Below, piece after piece: positions 39,105 to 49,460 of a DNA stretch of 64,000 nt. The notes under the pieces were generated by a model. The model worked only from the letters and a program-made list of their open reading frames with translations, had not been told where the DNA came from and did no database searches. Origin of the DNA: a virus; IMG/VR virus record IMGVR_UViG_3300027749_000102, positions 5,917 through 69,916 of that record. One strand, 5' to 3'. The position numbers and the translations under genes are program-made. Each line of letters starts with the position of its first letter. Positions within the stretch are counted from its first letter, which is position 1.

Positions 39105-42100
39105 TTAAATATTCTCAAACGAAGCACCTGTTGGAGTTATGAAGAATTCAATATCTATGAACTCTAAAGCCTTCGTTGGTTTAAGGTATATTTTACCTAC
39201 TAATCTATTTGCATCTAAGTCTTCAGGTGTTGAAGAAACTGTTACACGGAAATCGTATAAACCTCTATCTCTTCTAATTGAATCTAAGATTGGATTAACA
39301 CTATCTAAGAATTGTTGTCTTACGATTTGGTCGTTTTGTTCAAACAATAATCTAACAGCGACAGCAGATATTAACTTACGAGCTTGTAATAATAATCTTC
39401 TTACATTTAATCTATTCAAAGCTGAATCAGCAACTTGTAATGTTTTATTACCCCAAATTACAGTACCAACATCAGAGAAAGTAGCGATAGGGTTAATTCT
39501 ACCTTGATACAATGTATCTCTATTTTCTTGTGTTAATTTTTGTCTAGCTTTAATTGAATTTACAAGACCTCTTGTGTAACCCGCTGATGCGAACCAAGGG
39601 AATGCAATATTATCTGTTAGAGCTAAGTTTCTACAAACTTCACCTGTAGCTGGTAAATAAATTTGTGTATTATTTACAGTATCTCTTGTTAAAATCCAAG
39701 GATAATAAGTTGCAGTATAGTTAGAATCAATTCCTGTATTATTTAAGTTATCAACAGCCTCTTGTGAGTAGATAACATCATACTGATTTGAAGCATCTGG
39801 AACAAACATATTATAGTCAGGAGTTGTTACAATATAAACTGAGTCAGCTCTTGAATATTGAATCATATCAATAGCTTCTTCACATAAGTTAGAGTTATTA
39901 ACGTAATCAATACTTGCAGTTGCAAAAATATTTATGTTTGTAGATTCAGGATTTGCGAAACTAAGAATACCAAGTAAGTAAGCATAGTAGTCAGTATTTC
40001 CAAAGTCTTGAGTATTATTTTGTACAACAATTCTTTTGAATAAACCATCTCCTGTTGCGTTTGGATATCTTGAAGAAGGATAAGCACCAGCTAAATAACC
40101 ACTTGATCCTAATTGGAAATTATCCGTATTTGTTCTGTGTTCTCTGTATATATCCCATCCATCAAATCCACCCGCAAAACATACTGTGTATTTTCTAGCA
40201 TAAATAAAGTAATAAGGATTTTCTTGAGACTCAGGGTCAAATCTAAAATCTGCTGTACCACATTCAAAAGCTGTTTGACCACTTGTTTGATAAGTATTTG
40301 CAATTGTTACAACCGTTGCCCCAGAATCCATATGGAAACCTTTACTTTGAATATTCCAAGGTTCTGCTGCTTGAGTTGGGTTTGAAATCCAATTAGCTGG
40401 TGTTTGTTTTCCTTTATAAGTTAAGAATGACTCATCAACACCATATTGAGTTGAGAAACCTAAATAAGATCTTCTAACAATATCTCCCGCAGATTCTGTT
40501 GTGTTTGCAGAACCACCAAATGGAGGATCAGTAATTGTTTCACCTGGATAAAAATATTTTGTTTTATATTGAATATATGGTGATGGATACTCAGAAACAT
40601 TATCATATTCTCTTTGAATATATCCACGGAATCCACAAGGAATTGCATCTATAGGTGCTCCGTCAGCTAATTCAACCATAATATATTTTGAAATCAACGC
40701 ATATTCACCATTTGAAGTACCAATTTTAACACCAATAAAGTTGTTAGAACCTGGATCCATATTACAATTGGTGAATTTTTCAATTACAACAGGAGCTGAA
40801 TCAGTATCGTAGAAGTTTCTAACTAATACATCAAATGACATATTATTAAATGAAAGATTAGCAATTGAAACTTTAACTTCCATATTTGCAGAATCACCAT
40901 CAGAAATTGATATAAACTTAAATAAATTATAAACTTTATTACCTCTTAATTCTGAAACCAAAAATGGTGTTTCAGGTGATTGGTATTTTTCCAAATTATA
41001 AGCAATCGATGTATTATTTTCACTTCTAGCATCTGGAAGACTAATTAAAAAACAATTCAATCCTTTAATGTAACCTTTTTGATAAGCAATATTTAATGAT
41101 GATTGATAAGATTCTTCAACAAATACAGGTACTGAATATCTTGATTTACCAAAATTATCTTCACCAAATACTTTTGTAATATATTTTGAAGAAGAAGCTA
41201 ATAATGAAGTTTCAAATTGGAATGTTGTATTATCTTTAGTTGCCCCTGATAATAAAAATGTTCCATAAGGATTTGTACTTACACCAGAATATGAACCATC
41301 ACAAACCATAGTTAATCCCGTTGTTTCATATTTAGGTCCATGATTTTCAGAATCAGCGTTGTTAGTATATTCTGAAATACCTCTTGAACGTAAAGTAGCA
41401 ACAACCATATTATTATATTCACTATATGCAGTTCCTGAGAAAGTATATATTGTACCTGATATTGATCCTGAATATGAATCATTAGATCCTGATACTATAG
41501 AACTAACAATATAATCAAAAGAATAACCTGAATAGTTATCACCACGTGGTTCAGTAAGAATATTATCAAAATTTGCATAATACCAAGGGTCATTTGAACC
41601 TGAACTTAAATCATTATATTCAATATCACCACTTCCTGGTACACCATAAACATTTTTTACATTTGGATATGCATTTACCAATGAATACCAATCCTCAGCA
41701 GGTATTGACCCATAAATTACACAAGTATTACCTGAAGCACCTGAAGTATCAGCAATATTACTAATGTAATTATTAAAATCAGTCTCTAAAGTTGAAACAC
41801 TACCATCACTTAATCTATATTGATTAGTGTAACTATCTTGGATTGTAGCAGGTAAAGTTGAAGTATTTAATGTAACCGTATTTGCAGAATTACTACCTGT
41901 AAAAGTAGCGGTAAATACAGTTCCCGCAGAAGCTTCAGTAAACCCAATTGTTAAAGGGTCAACATTCGCAGATACGGTGATTGTCCAAGAAGGACCCGCA
42001 TCGTATCCCGATAACCCTAATACTCTTGTTACAAAAAGTTGGTTTGATTGTTGCAAATATGATTTAGCAATATAAGCCGCCTCATATTTTGGAATTTGTG

Positions 42101-42317
42101 TATTTACAAATTTAACAGGTTCCGTTCCACCAAAATAGGCTTGAAACTCATCATAGTTAGTTATGAAAATTGGTTCAAAAGCTGGACCTTTAATTGTTTC
42201 TCCAACTATACCCAACGTCGTTACACCGACACTCTGAGCTACGAATGATAAATCCGTTTCGGATGTATATACTCCAGGTGATACGAATACTTTTTTGTTT
42301 GCTTGTGCTGTTGCCAT
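39105..42317 (-). CDS. Tail sheath protein, T4 gp18-like (1070 aa)
   Basis: VSPGVYTSETDLS, KGP, PWFASAGYTRG, RDTLYQGRINPI, WGNKTL, LNRLNVRRLL, LFEQND, KPTKALEFIDIEF. Confidence 0.95.
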   Translation of the reverse strand: MATAQANKKVFVSPGVYTSETDLSFVAQSVGVTTLGIVGETIKGPAFEPIFITNYDEFQAYFGGTEPVKFVNTQIPKYEAAYIAKSYLQQSNQLFVTRVLGLSGYDAGPSWTITVSANVDPLTIGFTEASAGTVFTATFTGSNSANTVTLNTSTLPATIQDSYTNQYRLSDGSVSTLETDFNNYISNIADTSGASGNTCVIYGSIPAEDWYSLVNAYPNVKNVYGVPGSGDIEYNDLSSGSNDPWYYANFDNILTEPRGDNYSGYSFDYIVSSIVSGSNDSYSGSISGTIYTFSGTAYSEYNNMVVATLRSRGISEYTNNADSENHGPKYETTGLTMVCDGSYSGVSTNPYGTFLLSGATKDNTTFQFETSLLASSSKYITKVFGEDNFGKSRYSVPVFVEESYQSSLNIAYQKGYIKGLNCFLISLPDARSENNTSIAYNLEKYQSPETPFLVSELRGNKVYNLFKFISISDGDSANMEVKVSIANLSFNNMSFDVLVRNFYDTDSAPVVIEKFTNCNMDPGSNNFIGVKIGTSNGEYALISKYIMVELADGAPIDAIPCGFRGYIQREYDNVSEYPSPYIQYKTKYFYPGETITDPPFGGSANTTESAGDIVRRSYLGFSTQYGVDESFLTYKGKQTPANWISNPTQAAEPWNIQSKGFHMDSGATVVTIANTYQTSGQTAFECGTADFRFDPESQENPYYFIYARKYTVCFAGGFDGWDIYREHRTNTDNFQLGSSGYLAGAYPSSRYPNATGDGLFKRIVVQNNTQDFGNTDYYAYLLGILSFANPESTNINIFATASIDYVNNSNLCEEAIDMIQYSRADSVYIVTTPDYNMFVPDASNQYDVIYSQEAVDNLNNTGIDSNYTATYYPWILTRDTVNNTQIYLPATGEVCRNLALTDNIAFPWFASAGYTRGLVNSIKARQKLTQENRDTLYQGRINPIATFSDVGTVIWGNKTLQVADSALNRLNVRRLLLQARKLISAVAVRLLFEQNDQIVRQQFLDSVNPILDSIRRDRGLYDFRVTVSSTPEDLDANRLVGKIYLKPTKALEFIDIEFFITPTGASFENI

Positions 42318-42437
42318 TATTAATTAATTCTATTGCAGATTTATTTTAATGATAAATATTAGGAAGGCTGTGAAAAAACTTGACTTTTAGATATGTATTT
42401 GTAAACGGTATGAAATTATTCTACCTTTTTTCATACT

Positions 42438-42599
42438 ATGAAAACAAAGAAGGAAATAAAGAACATAAAGATATCACCTGAATCACATAATATATTGAAA
42501 ATATACTGTGATAAAAGAGGAATTAAAATTTATAAATTTCTTGAGAACTTAATTATAGAAAAGTGTAAAGAGAAGAAAGATATTTATGGTGAAGGTTAA
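42438..42599 (+). CDS. Small ribbon-helix-helix-like regulator (53 aa; MKTKKEIKNIKISPESHNILKIYCDKRGIKIYKFLENLIIEKCKEKKDIYGEG)
   Basis: Translated by hand; fills the gap divergent from the sheath gene; KNIKIS strand plus two helices typical of CopG/Arc-like proteins. Confidence 0.65.
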   Translation: MKTKKEIKNIKISPESHNILKIYCDKRGIKIYKFLENLIIEKCKEKKDIYGEG

Positions 42600-43636
42600 A
42601 TAAGTTTGTTCTCAAACTGAATTACTGACTGTAAAGTATTGTCTATTTTTGTAACTTCTATCCTTAAAGTATCATTAGTTGTTATTTGTATAAGATTAAC
42701 ATCACTACCATAATAATCATTATTGATATACACATCATAACTTTCAACATTATCTGTATCAATCAAGCTCATATTTGCGGTAAACTCAATAACATCAACT
42801 AGTGTGGTAACACCAGAAACAAAAAGAAAATTAAAATCAAATTCATCAGGATTTTTTGGAAACTTATTTCTTTTTTTATTTGGAACTCTTGTATCAACTT
42901 CAAATAATTGTGTAACTCTTTGAATTGCTGGTTTAACTTGAAATTCTTCTTCATCAATCAAATAACCTAACATTGTAAAATCATAAGATTGGACATAATA
43001 TTTTCTTGATTCGGTTCCCATTTGAGATTCATCTGAAACATTATTCATAATGATTGGAACATATTGTCCTTTAATGAATGTATATGCCTGTCTTGATGAA
43101 AACTTTTGCATCACAATTTTATTAAGTTGATTCAATTCTCTCATTCTATTACAAACAATCTTAACACTATAATTGATATCAACGGGGACGGGTTGAGGGA
43201 TAGTGTAGATATCCATACCTTGTTCATTACCGTTCCAAGTTGGAACTGAGGCATAATAAAATTGTTTTCTATTTGGTATTGTATATTGAAGTGATGGATT
43301 TGTACCATATTTAACTTCGGGGCTTCTAACAACTGTAATAAATGGCGGTTCAGGATTATTATCCATATCAACAAATTGTGCTGTTTCAACATACTGTGAC
43401 CAGTTTTGTGTTGTAATTAAAATATCCAACATCGGAACAATTTTTCCTGCAGTTACAACTTGTAAATCCCCTTTAACAAAATCTAACATACCTCTATCCA
43501 AATCAGCATGCAAAACTGACTTAGGTAAATAAGTACCATCTTTGTTGATGTATTCCAATAATTGCTCTCTACGAGAATATAATGTTTTTTTTGGAACTAA
43601 TGGTAATGTTTTTTTTATTTGTTTTGGAAATGGCAT
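42596..43636 (-). CDS. Tail terminator / sheath stabiliser, T4 gp15-like
   Basis: PQPVPVDINYSVKIVCNRMRELNQL resembles the gp15 PVPY motif; upstream of the sheath gene. Confidence 0.65.
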   Translation of the reverse strand: MPFPKQIKKTLPLVPKKTLYSRREQLLEYINKDGTYLPKSVLHADLDRGMLDFVKGDLQVVTAGKIVPMLDILITTQNWSQYVETAQFVDMDNNPEPPFITVVRSPEVKYGTNPSLQYTIPNRKQFYYASVPTWNGNEQGMDIYTIPQPVPVDINYSVKIVCNRMRELNQLNKIVMQKFSSRQAYTFIKGQYVPIIMNNVSDESQMGTESRKYYVQSYDFTMLGYLIDEEEFQVKPAIQRVTQLFEVDTRVPNKKRNKFPKNPDEFDFNFLFVSGVTTLVDVIEFTANMSLIDTDNVESYDVYINNDYYGSDVNLIQITTNDTLRIEVTKIDNTLQSVIQFENKLI

Positions 43637-43637
43637 C

Positions 43638-44051
43638 TTATTTCTTTACTATAAATATTTTATTATCGGAATTAACCATATCAACTTCTTTTGCATGATA
43701 TATCGGTGTTTTGTCGTTCTTATAAACAAATGAATCGTATTTGTATGGATTATATGTTATCACATGTTCTCCGTTCGGTCTTGGAATATCATAACAAGGA
43801 TATTCACAATAATCTAATAACCTTCCAATAACAAATGCATGAACATTCTTACTTTTATCCGATCTAACTTTTAATTTACCACCTTGTCTAACTCTAAATT
43901 CAACATCTTCAAGTTTAACATAATCTGCATGCATAATAACTTTACTATCATATGTAACTGAAAAAGTATGTTTGTGTAAATTATAATACACCATAACTTT
44001 CTTACCAATAAATAATGAATCAAATTGTGATTCTGTTATAATAACTTTCAT
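43638..44051 (-). CDS. Hypothetical phage protein (VYYNLHK...KNVHAFV...YNPYK)
   Basis: Intact ORF coupled to its neighbours; N-terminal MKVIITESQ. Confidence 0.7.
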   Translation of the reverse strand: MKVIITESQFDSLFIGKKVMVYYNLHKHTFSVTYDSKVIMHADYVKLEDVEFRVRQGGKLKVRSDKSKNVHAFVIGRLLDYCEYPCYDIPRPNGEHVITYNPYKYDSFVYKNDKTPIYHAKEVDMVNSDNKIFIVKK

Positions 44052-44563
44052 TATATTCCTCTAAATTCGTTAGTACTGGCCCATGTAGCCGTTATTGTGC
44101 GATAGAATGGTTTAACACCACCATAGGTATGTTTATTATCGGAAACAACAAGACCGTCATCAATTACGGTATAGTATCTAACTCTACTTTCAGTTTCATA
44201 ATATCCAATATAATCTCCCATAAAAATATTCACACTAAGGTCATCCAAAGTTTTTTGATAAATGGAAAATTTCATATTACCTGGTTCATCTTGTTTAACT
44301 TTTGAGTTACCCAATAATTTGTTTGTTGGAGCCATTATTTGAACAAGACCCTTTAATTCAACAGGTGCCAAAAATTGAATCCCATCTTCAAGAACTTCAC
44401 CATAGACATCATCTGTTTTTGTTTTATACCTATCAATACGATAAAGAATAACTGTGAAATTCATATCACCGAGAAGCCATTCTTCTCCCATACCAATATC
44501 AAGTGAGAGATCTTCCCCACCAAAGAATTTTCCTAAACGAGTTATAGGTACTAAATTTTCCAT
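44051..44563 (-). CDS. Putative neck/head-closure protein (gp14-like)
   Basis: DDVYGE...F-APVEL, GDYIGY; adjacent to the gp15-like gene. Confidence 0.55.
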   Translation of the reverse strand: MENLVPITRLGKFFGGEDLSLDIGMGEEWLLGDMNFTVILYRIDRYKTKTDDVYGEVLEDGIQFLAPVELKGLVQIMAPTNKLLGNSKVKQDEPGNMKFSIYQKTLDDLSVNIFMGDYIGYYETESRVRYYTVIDDGLVVSDNKHTYGGVKPFYRTITATWASTNEFRGI

Positions 44564-44615
44564 ATTGATAAATAGTCAAAAGATAACTATATTTAATACA
44601 AACATTTTTTAATAG

Positions 44616-46367
44616 ATGGAAATAAGTTTAGAATCAAGAGCAATGTCCTTATTGGAAACATATGAGGGTGCAAATAACTATTTGCTTGAGATAAAAAGAA
44701 AATCCCAAATTAATAAAAAATTCTACCCAACAAGAAGTCAATCCGAATATATTATTGCCAATTATAATAAGACACCCAAGGTTGCCAAAAAGTGGGTTAT
44801 ACTTGACGCTTACTTCGCACAAAAACTTGCTGATGATAAATTATTAACTGTAGTTCCTGAAAAGATATGGGTTGAAAAGTTATTGGTTGAAAAGGAAACA
44901 TCGTTTCATATTTGGGGTAAGATAACTGAAAAACAAGAACTCCATGATTTTTGGTTACCGAAAGCGGCAATTATAAAAGATAATACCGTTAAAAATGTTG
45001 TAATTAATTATGAAAAATATTCTCACCGTCCACCATTATCTCACCAAAAAGAGGCAATCCAAAAATTGGTTGAAAATAAAAAGTTTATACTTGCCGACGA
45101 TATGGGTCTTGGAAAAACTACTTCAACTATTATTGCTGCTATAGAATCCAACTCAAAAAAAGTTTTAATTATTTGTCCGGCAACACTTAAAATTAACTGG
45201 AAACGAGAAATTGAAAACTACTCCGATAAATCTGTCTACATTGCTGAAGGAAAGAATTTTAGTTCAGATGCTGACTATGTTATCATAAATTACGACATTA
45301 TAAAAAATTTCCATGAAATTAAGAAAAAAGATGACTCGAAAATTCTTAACTCCAATTTTGATTTGGTTATCGTTGACGAAGCACACTATATCAAAAATGG
45401 TTCCGCCCAAAGAACAAAACTAATAAATGACCTTGTAAAAAAAGTTGATAGACTTTGGTTATTATCAGGAACTCCAATGACCTCAAGACCAATGGATTAT
45501 TTTAATCTATTAAGTTTAGTTGATTCACCCGTAGCCAAAAACTGGTTAGCTTACGCAGTAAGATATTGTAGTGGGTATCAATTTAATGCTGGTGGTAAAA
45601 AGATATGGAATGTAACAGGTGCTAGTAATCTTGAAGAATTAAGAGACCGAACATCAGGAACAATATTAAGAAGATTGAAAGAAGATGTTCTTGAGCTTCC
45701 TGATAAAATTATAACTCCAGTATATTTGAGATTAAAATCAAAAAATTATGAGGAAGTTATGGGAGAATACTATGATTGGTATGATAAAAATCCTAATGAA
45801 TCCAAATCATTAACAGTTCAGTTTACCAAACTAACCAAGATAAGACAAATTATTGCTGATGAAAAAATTTCACAGACAATTGAATTGGCAGAAAATATTA
45901 TAGAGCAAGGTAAAAAAGTTATTATATTTTGTAATTTTACTGACTCACTTAATAAAATCGCAGAACATTTTGGAAAAATTGCAGTTAAACTTGATGGGTC
46001 TATGTCTAAACCAAACAGACAACATAGCGTAGATGAGTTCCAAGATAATGAAAAGGTAAAAGTATTTGTTGGAAACATTAAAGCCGCAGGAGTCGGTATC
46101 ACCTTAACCGCTGCTGAAGCAGTTATCATGAATGACTTATCATTTGTACCTTCAGACCATGCCCAAGCAGAAGACAGAGCTTATAGATACGGGCAGAAAA
46201 ACAACGTCTTAGTATATTATCCCATCTTTGAAAATACTATTGAAGGAATTATCTACGACATATTAAACAATAAAAAACAAGTGATTGCCACTGTGATGGG
46301 GGACAATCAAGACAGCGGTGATGTTGCTGAAGAAATCTTAAAGAGAATTAATGAAATGCGTCGTTAA
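44616..46367 (+). CDS. SNF2-family helicase/ATPase (SMARCAL1/HARP-like)
   Basis: LADDMGLGKT, ICPATLKINW, VDEAH, LSGTP, RRLKEDVL, GVGITLT, QAEDRAYRYGQ. Confidence 0.93.
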   Translation: MEISLESRAMSLLETYEGANNYLLEIKRKSQINKKFYPTRSQSEYIIANYNKTPKVAKKWVILDAYFAQKLADDKLLTVVPEKIWVEKLLVEKETSFHIWGKITEKQELHDFWLPKAAIIKDNTVKNVVINYEKYSHRPPLSHQKEAIQKLVENKKFILADDMGLGKTTSTIIAAIESNSKKVLIICPATLKINWKREIENYSDKSVYIAEGKNFSSDADYVIINYDIIKNFHEIKKKDDSKILNSNFDLVIVDEAHYIKNGSAQRTKLINDLVKKVDRLWLLSGTPMTSRPMDYFNLLSLVDSPVAKNWLAYAVRYCSGYQFNAGGKKIWNVTGASNLEELRDRTSGTILRRLKEDVLELPDKIITPVYLRLKSKNYEEVMGEYYDWYDKNPNESKSLTVQFTKLTKIRQIIADEKISQTIELAENIIEQGKKVIIFCNFTDSLNKIAEHFGKIAVKLDGSMSKPNRQHSVDEFQDNEKVKVFVGNIKAAGVGITLTAAEAVIMNDLSFVPSDHAQAEDRAYRYGQKNNVLVYYPIFENTIEGIIYDILNNKKQVIATVMGDNQDSGDVAEEILKRINEMRR

Positions 46368-46380
46368 ACAAAAACTGGAT

Positions 46381-46388
46381 TATTTATA
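46381..46388 (+). promoter_or_regulatory. TATTTATA upstream motif (example; recurs before many genes)
   Basis: Sense-strand 8-mer 21 nt before the SOD ATG; other copies are listed in the findings. Confidence 0.6.
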
Positions 46389-46409
46389 TGAAATGAATAG
46401 TCCAAAAAT

Positions 46410-47948
46410 ATGAAAAAAATAGAAGAAAAAATTATACAACTTGAAACACAAATACTTGAGACCCAAATCATACAAGAAAAAGAGTTGTTATTAACCGAAA
46501 TGAAAAAGATTGGGATTGAAAAACTTCCTTACTCTTACTCCGCCCTCAAAACATTTATTGATCCACAGACAATGAAATTACATTACACAAAGCATTATTT
46601 TGGCTATGTGGATAAATTAAATGACGCATTGTCTAAAAAGAAATATGGCGATTTAGAGTTAGAACAAATTATCAAAAACATAAGTCGTTATGATAAAACA
46701 ATCAGAAACAATGCCGGTGGGGCCTTTAATCATGCGTTGTTTTGGAATTTTTTAACCCCAACACCAAAAAAATTAGGAGGTGAACTCTACAAAAAACTCA
46801 CAAAACAATACGGGACATTTACGGCATTCAAAAAAGAATTTGATAAAGTTGCCAAAGAAAGATTTGGTTCTGGGTGGGTTTGGTTGGTATTAACTGCAAA
46901 GAACACATTCAAGATTATGTCTACACCAAATCAGGATAATCCGTTAATGAATGTTATTGAAGGTGGCGGATTCCCATTATTGGGATTAGATGTTTGGGAA
47001 CATGCTTATTATTTGAAATATCATAACAAGAGAGATGAATATATCACAAACTTTTGGAAGGTAGTAAATTGGGATTTTGTTTCCAAGATGTATGAAATGA
47101 AAACTGAAACAAAATTAATGGAATCCGTTAATTTTGAAAAATTATTGACCGAGTCTGTTGAAGCAAAATTCTGTGAACCTAAAGAAGTTTTATTTTATAA
47201 AGAATTAATAAACAATTCTCAAATTAAGAAAATATATCAAAACGGAGTTACAGATTCATTAAAACAAGTATTCCACCAATTTTGGGTAGATGGAACAAGT
47301 AGTGAAATGGCAGGATTTTATGGTGTTGAATCAAAAGAAGGTAGGTCAATATTAAATAATCTTAATACAAACTTTAATACGTTTTGTCTTCTTGTTAAAG
47401 CAGTTAACAAAGAAATTATAAAAATTGGAAAAGAAGAAAAAATGTTTGATTTTTCTAAAAAAGAAAAAAGAACAGTATCTGAAATCACAAGATTTGTTAA
47501 AGCATTAGACCATTTCAAAAAAAATATTTTTACCAAAAATAATGAAGATTTTCTTAATATTATTAGAGTATTAAAGAAACTATGGGATAGAGGTCAAAAA
47601 TCTGAAGATAATGTATTAAATAAAGTAGAAGATTATTTTGAAGGAAATGCCAAATTAATTAAAGTTGGAGGACATGGACAAAAAAATGACGCCATTAAAG
47701 GTATTGATTTGAAAATAGAAATGGATGGAAAAATCCATACCGCACAAGTAAAACCATATTCAAATACATCACTTGATGGTGATAAAGTTAAAATATATGA
47801 TACTGGAAATGTTAAACCATATAATGTAGATTGGTTAATTTTTATTCAAACTAAAACAAAGAAAATTTTAATATTTAAAAATAATCCAATAAGTAATGAG
47901 AATGTTTATGTATTTAAGATAAATTCTCTATTATACGAAATAGAATAG
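46410..47948 (+). CDS. Mn/Fe superoxide dismutase fused to a C-terminal PD-(D/E)xK-like nuclease domain
   Basis: LPYSYSAL, LHYTKH, NAGGAFNH, FGSGWVWL, NQD, LDVWEHAYY (all metal ligands; GG and NQD point to Mn type); about 280 extra residues with GQKSE...GIDLKI...AQVKP. Confidence 0.88.
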   Translation: MKKIEEKIIQLETQILETQIIQEKELLLTEMKKIGIEKLPYSYSALKTFIDPQTMKLHYTKHYFGYVDKLNDALSKKKYGDLELEQIIKNISRYDKTIRNNAGGAFNHALFWNFLTPTPKKLGGELYKKLTKQYGTFTAFKKEFDKVAKERFGSGWVWLVLTAKNTFKIMSTPNQDNPLMNVIEGGGFPLLGLDVWEHAYYLKYHNKRDEYITNFWKVVNWDFVSKMYEMKTETKLMESVNFEKLLTESVEAKFCEPKEVLFYKELINNSQIKKIYQNGVTDSLKQVFHQFWVDGTSSEMAGFYGVESKEGRSILNNLNTNFNTFCLLVKAVNKEIIKIGKEEKMFDFSKKEKRTVSEITRFVKALDHFKKNIFTKNNEDFLNIIRVLKKLWDRGQKSEDNVLNKVEDYFEGNAKLIKVGGHGQKNDAIKGIDLKIEMDGKIHTAQVKPYSNTSLDGDKVKIYDTGNVKPYNVDWLIFIQTKTKKILIFKNNPISNENVYVFKINSLLYEIE

Positions 47949-47980
47949 TCAATATATTTATAGATAATATAGTTATAATT

Positions 47981-49105
47981 ATGGCAGTTATACCAGAACC
48001 AGAAAGGTCAAAAATTTATACGAGAATCAAACATCTCTTAGGTGCACCACTTAGAAGTGTGGAGGTTGAAGATGAAATGATGGATTCTTTAATGGAATTA
48101 TCTATTCAAGATTACGAAGAATATATTCTACAATGGCTAATTGATAGTCAATGGGTTAACCTTGTTAATTTGAATATGAGCGAGAAATCTGTTGCTAAAG
48201 CATTGGTAACAAGAACAATGGATTTTGAACAACAATTTTCATACTCATACTCTAAAATTGTAGGTCTTCAAACTATGGGTCCTTGGGTACTTAAAAAAGA
48301 TTATTTTACTTTAAGTGCTAACACACAAAACTATGAAATTCCTGCAGGAAGAGAGGTTAATGAATTATTATGGTTTAGTGACCAAGCTTGGACGGCATTT
48401 GGATTAGGTGGAGTTTCTGGATTTGGAGCTGGTGTAGGACTTGGTGCTGAACAACCAGGATTTGCTCAAATGGGTAATCAAGGTTCTTATTATATGATGT
48501 CAGGATTTGATTATTTAATTAGAATGCAAGAAGCCAACATTCTTAATAGAATATTAGGTGGATCTTTAACTTATAGAATTACAGGATTACCTGATGGTAA
48601 AAAAAATATTTTCTTATATAATACTCCAGGTGGTAAATTTAGTTGGAGCACTTATAGCAACTACGTAGGAAAGGCTGTTTGGTATTGGTATTATGATGTC
48701 GGTCCTGATGATAGAGCAGCATGTTTAAAGGCAAATAAAGACATTATTTTATTACCTACTGATGTTCCTCTTGATGAATTATCGTGGGAAGATTTGAATG
48801 TCCCTGCTAAACAATGGGTTAGAAGATGGTTTACGGCATACGTGAAAGAAACTTTGGCGAGAGTGAGAGGAAAATATAGTGGAAACTTAAAAACTCCTGA
48901 TTCTGAAATAACAATGGATTACCAAAGTTTATTAACTGAAGCTAAAGATGAAAAATCAAAATTGTTGGAAGAATTAACTGGCGCTGAAGGTTGGTTAACA
49001 AGGTTAAGACCAGAAAAGGTCATGGAACGCGAAGCCCTTATTGCGGAAAATCTAAATAAACAAATGAAGTTCAGAGCAATGCCTCGTCAAATATATGTAA
49101 TCTAA
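47981..49105 (+). CDS. Neck/head completion protein, T4 gp13-like
   Basis: IKHLLGAPLRSVEV and WVRRWFTAYVKE...RGKY...LLTEAKDEKSKLLEEL parallel both ends of gp13. Confidence 0.82.
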   Translation: MAVIPEPERSKIYTRIKHLLGAPLRSVEVEDEMMDSLMELSIQDYEEYILQWLIDSQWVNLVNLNMSEKSVAKALVTRTMDFEQQFSYSYSKIVGLQTMGPWVLKKDYFTLSANTQNYEIPAGREVNELLWFSDQAWTAFGLGGVSGFGAGVGLGAEQPGFAQMGNQGSYYMMSGFDYLIRMQEANILNRILGGSLTYRITGLPDGKKNIFLYNTPGGKFSWSTYSNYVGKAVWYWYYDVGPDDRAACLKANKDIILLPTDVPLDELSWEDLNVPAKQWVRRWFTAYVKETLARVRGKYSGNLKTPDSEITMDYQSLLTEAKDEKSKLLEELTGAEGWLTRLRPEKVMEREALIAENLNKQMKFRAMPRQIYVI

Positions 49106-49109
49106 TTTT

Positions 49110-49445
49110 ATGGCAATAGTAAAAACAATACCCTCAAGAAGAATTATTAACGGAATGGCAATTGATACATCAGAAGTTTCAATGGTGTCTGAATTAGATT
49201 ATCGTACAAATGGAGAAGAATGTATAATTGTTAGAGGTATTCCATTTTCTGTAATTATTCTTGACTCAAGAACTACTGACCATGTTGTAATTAAATCAAT
49301 GACTCATCTAACAATCAAACCAGATGTTGGTAAGATTGATGAAGATTATGATGAATTAGTTATGGATAGATTCGCTTGTGTTGAATTTAGATATGTTGGA
49401 GGTAACTGGTACATACTTTCCAGTGACGGATTGAAAGGTTCTTAA
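49110..49445 (+). CDS. Hypothetical protein (111 aa)
   Basis: Intact ORF 4 nt after the gp13-like stop. Confidence 0.65.
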   Translation: MAIVKTIPSRRIINGMAIDTSEVSMVSELDYRTNGEECIIVRGIPFSVIILDSRTTDHVVIKSMTHLTIKPDVGKIDEDYDELVMDRFACVEFRYVGGNWYILSSDGLKGS

Positions 49446-49460
49446 AGTATTTTATCTCCT

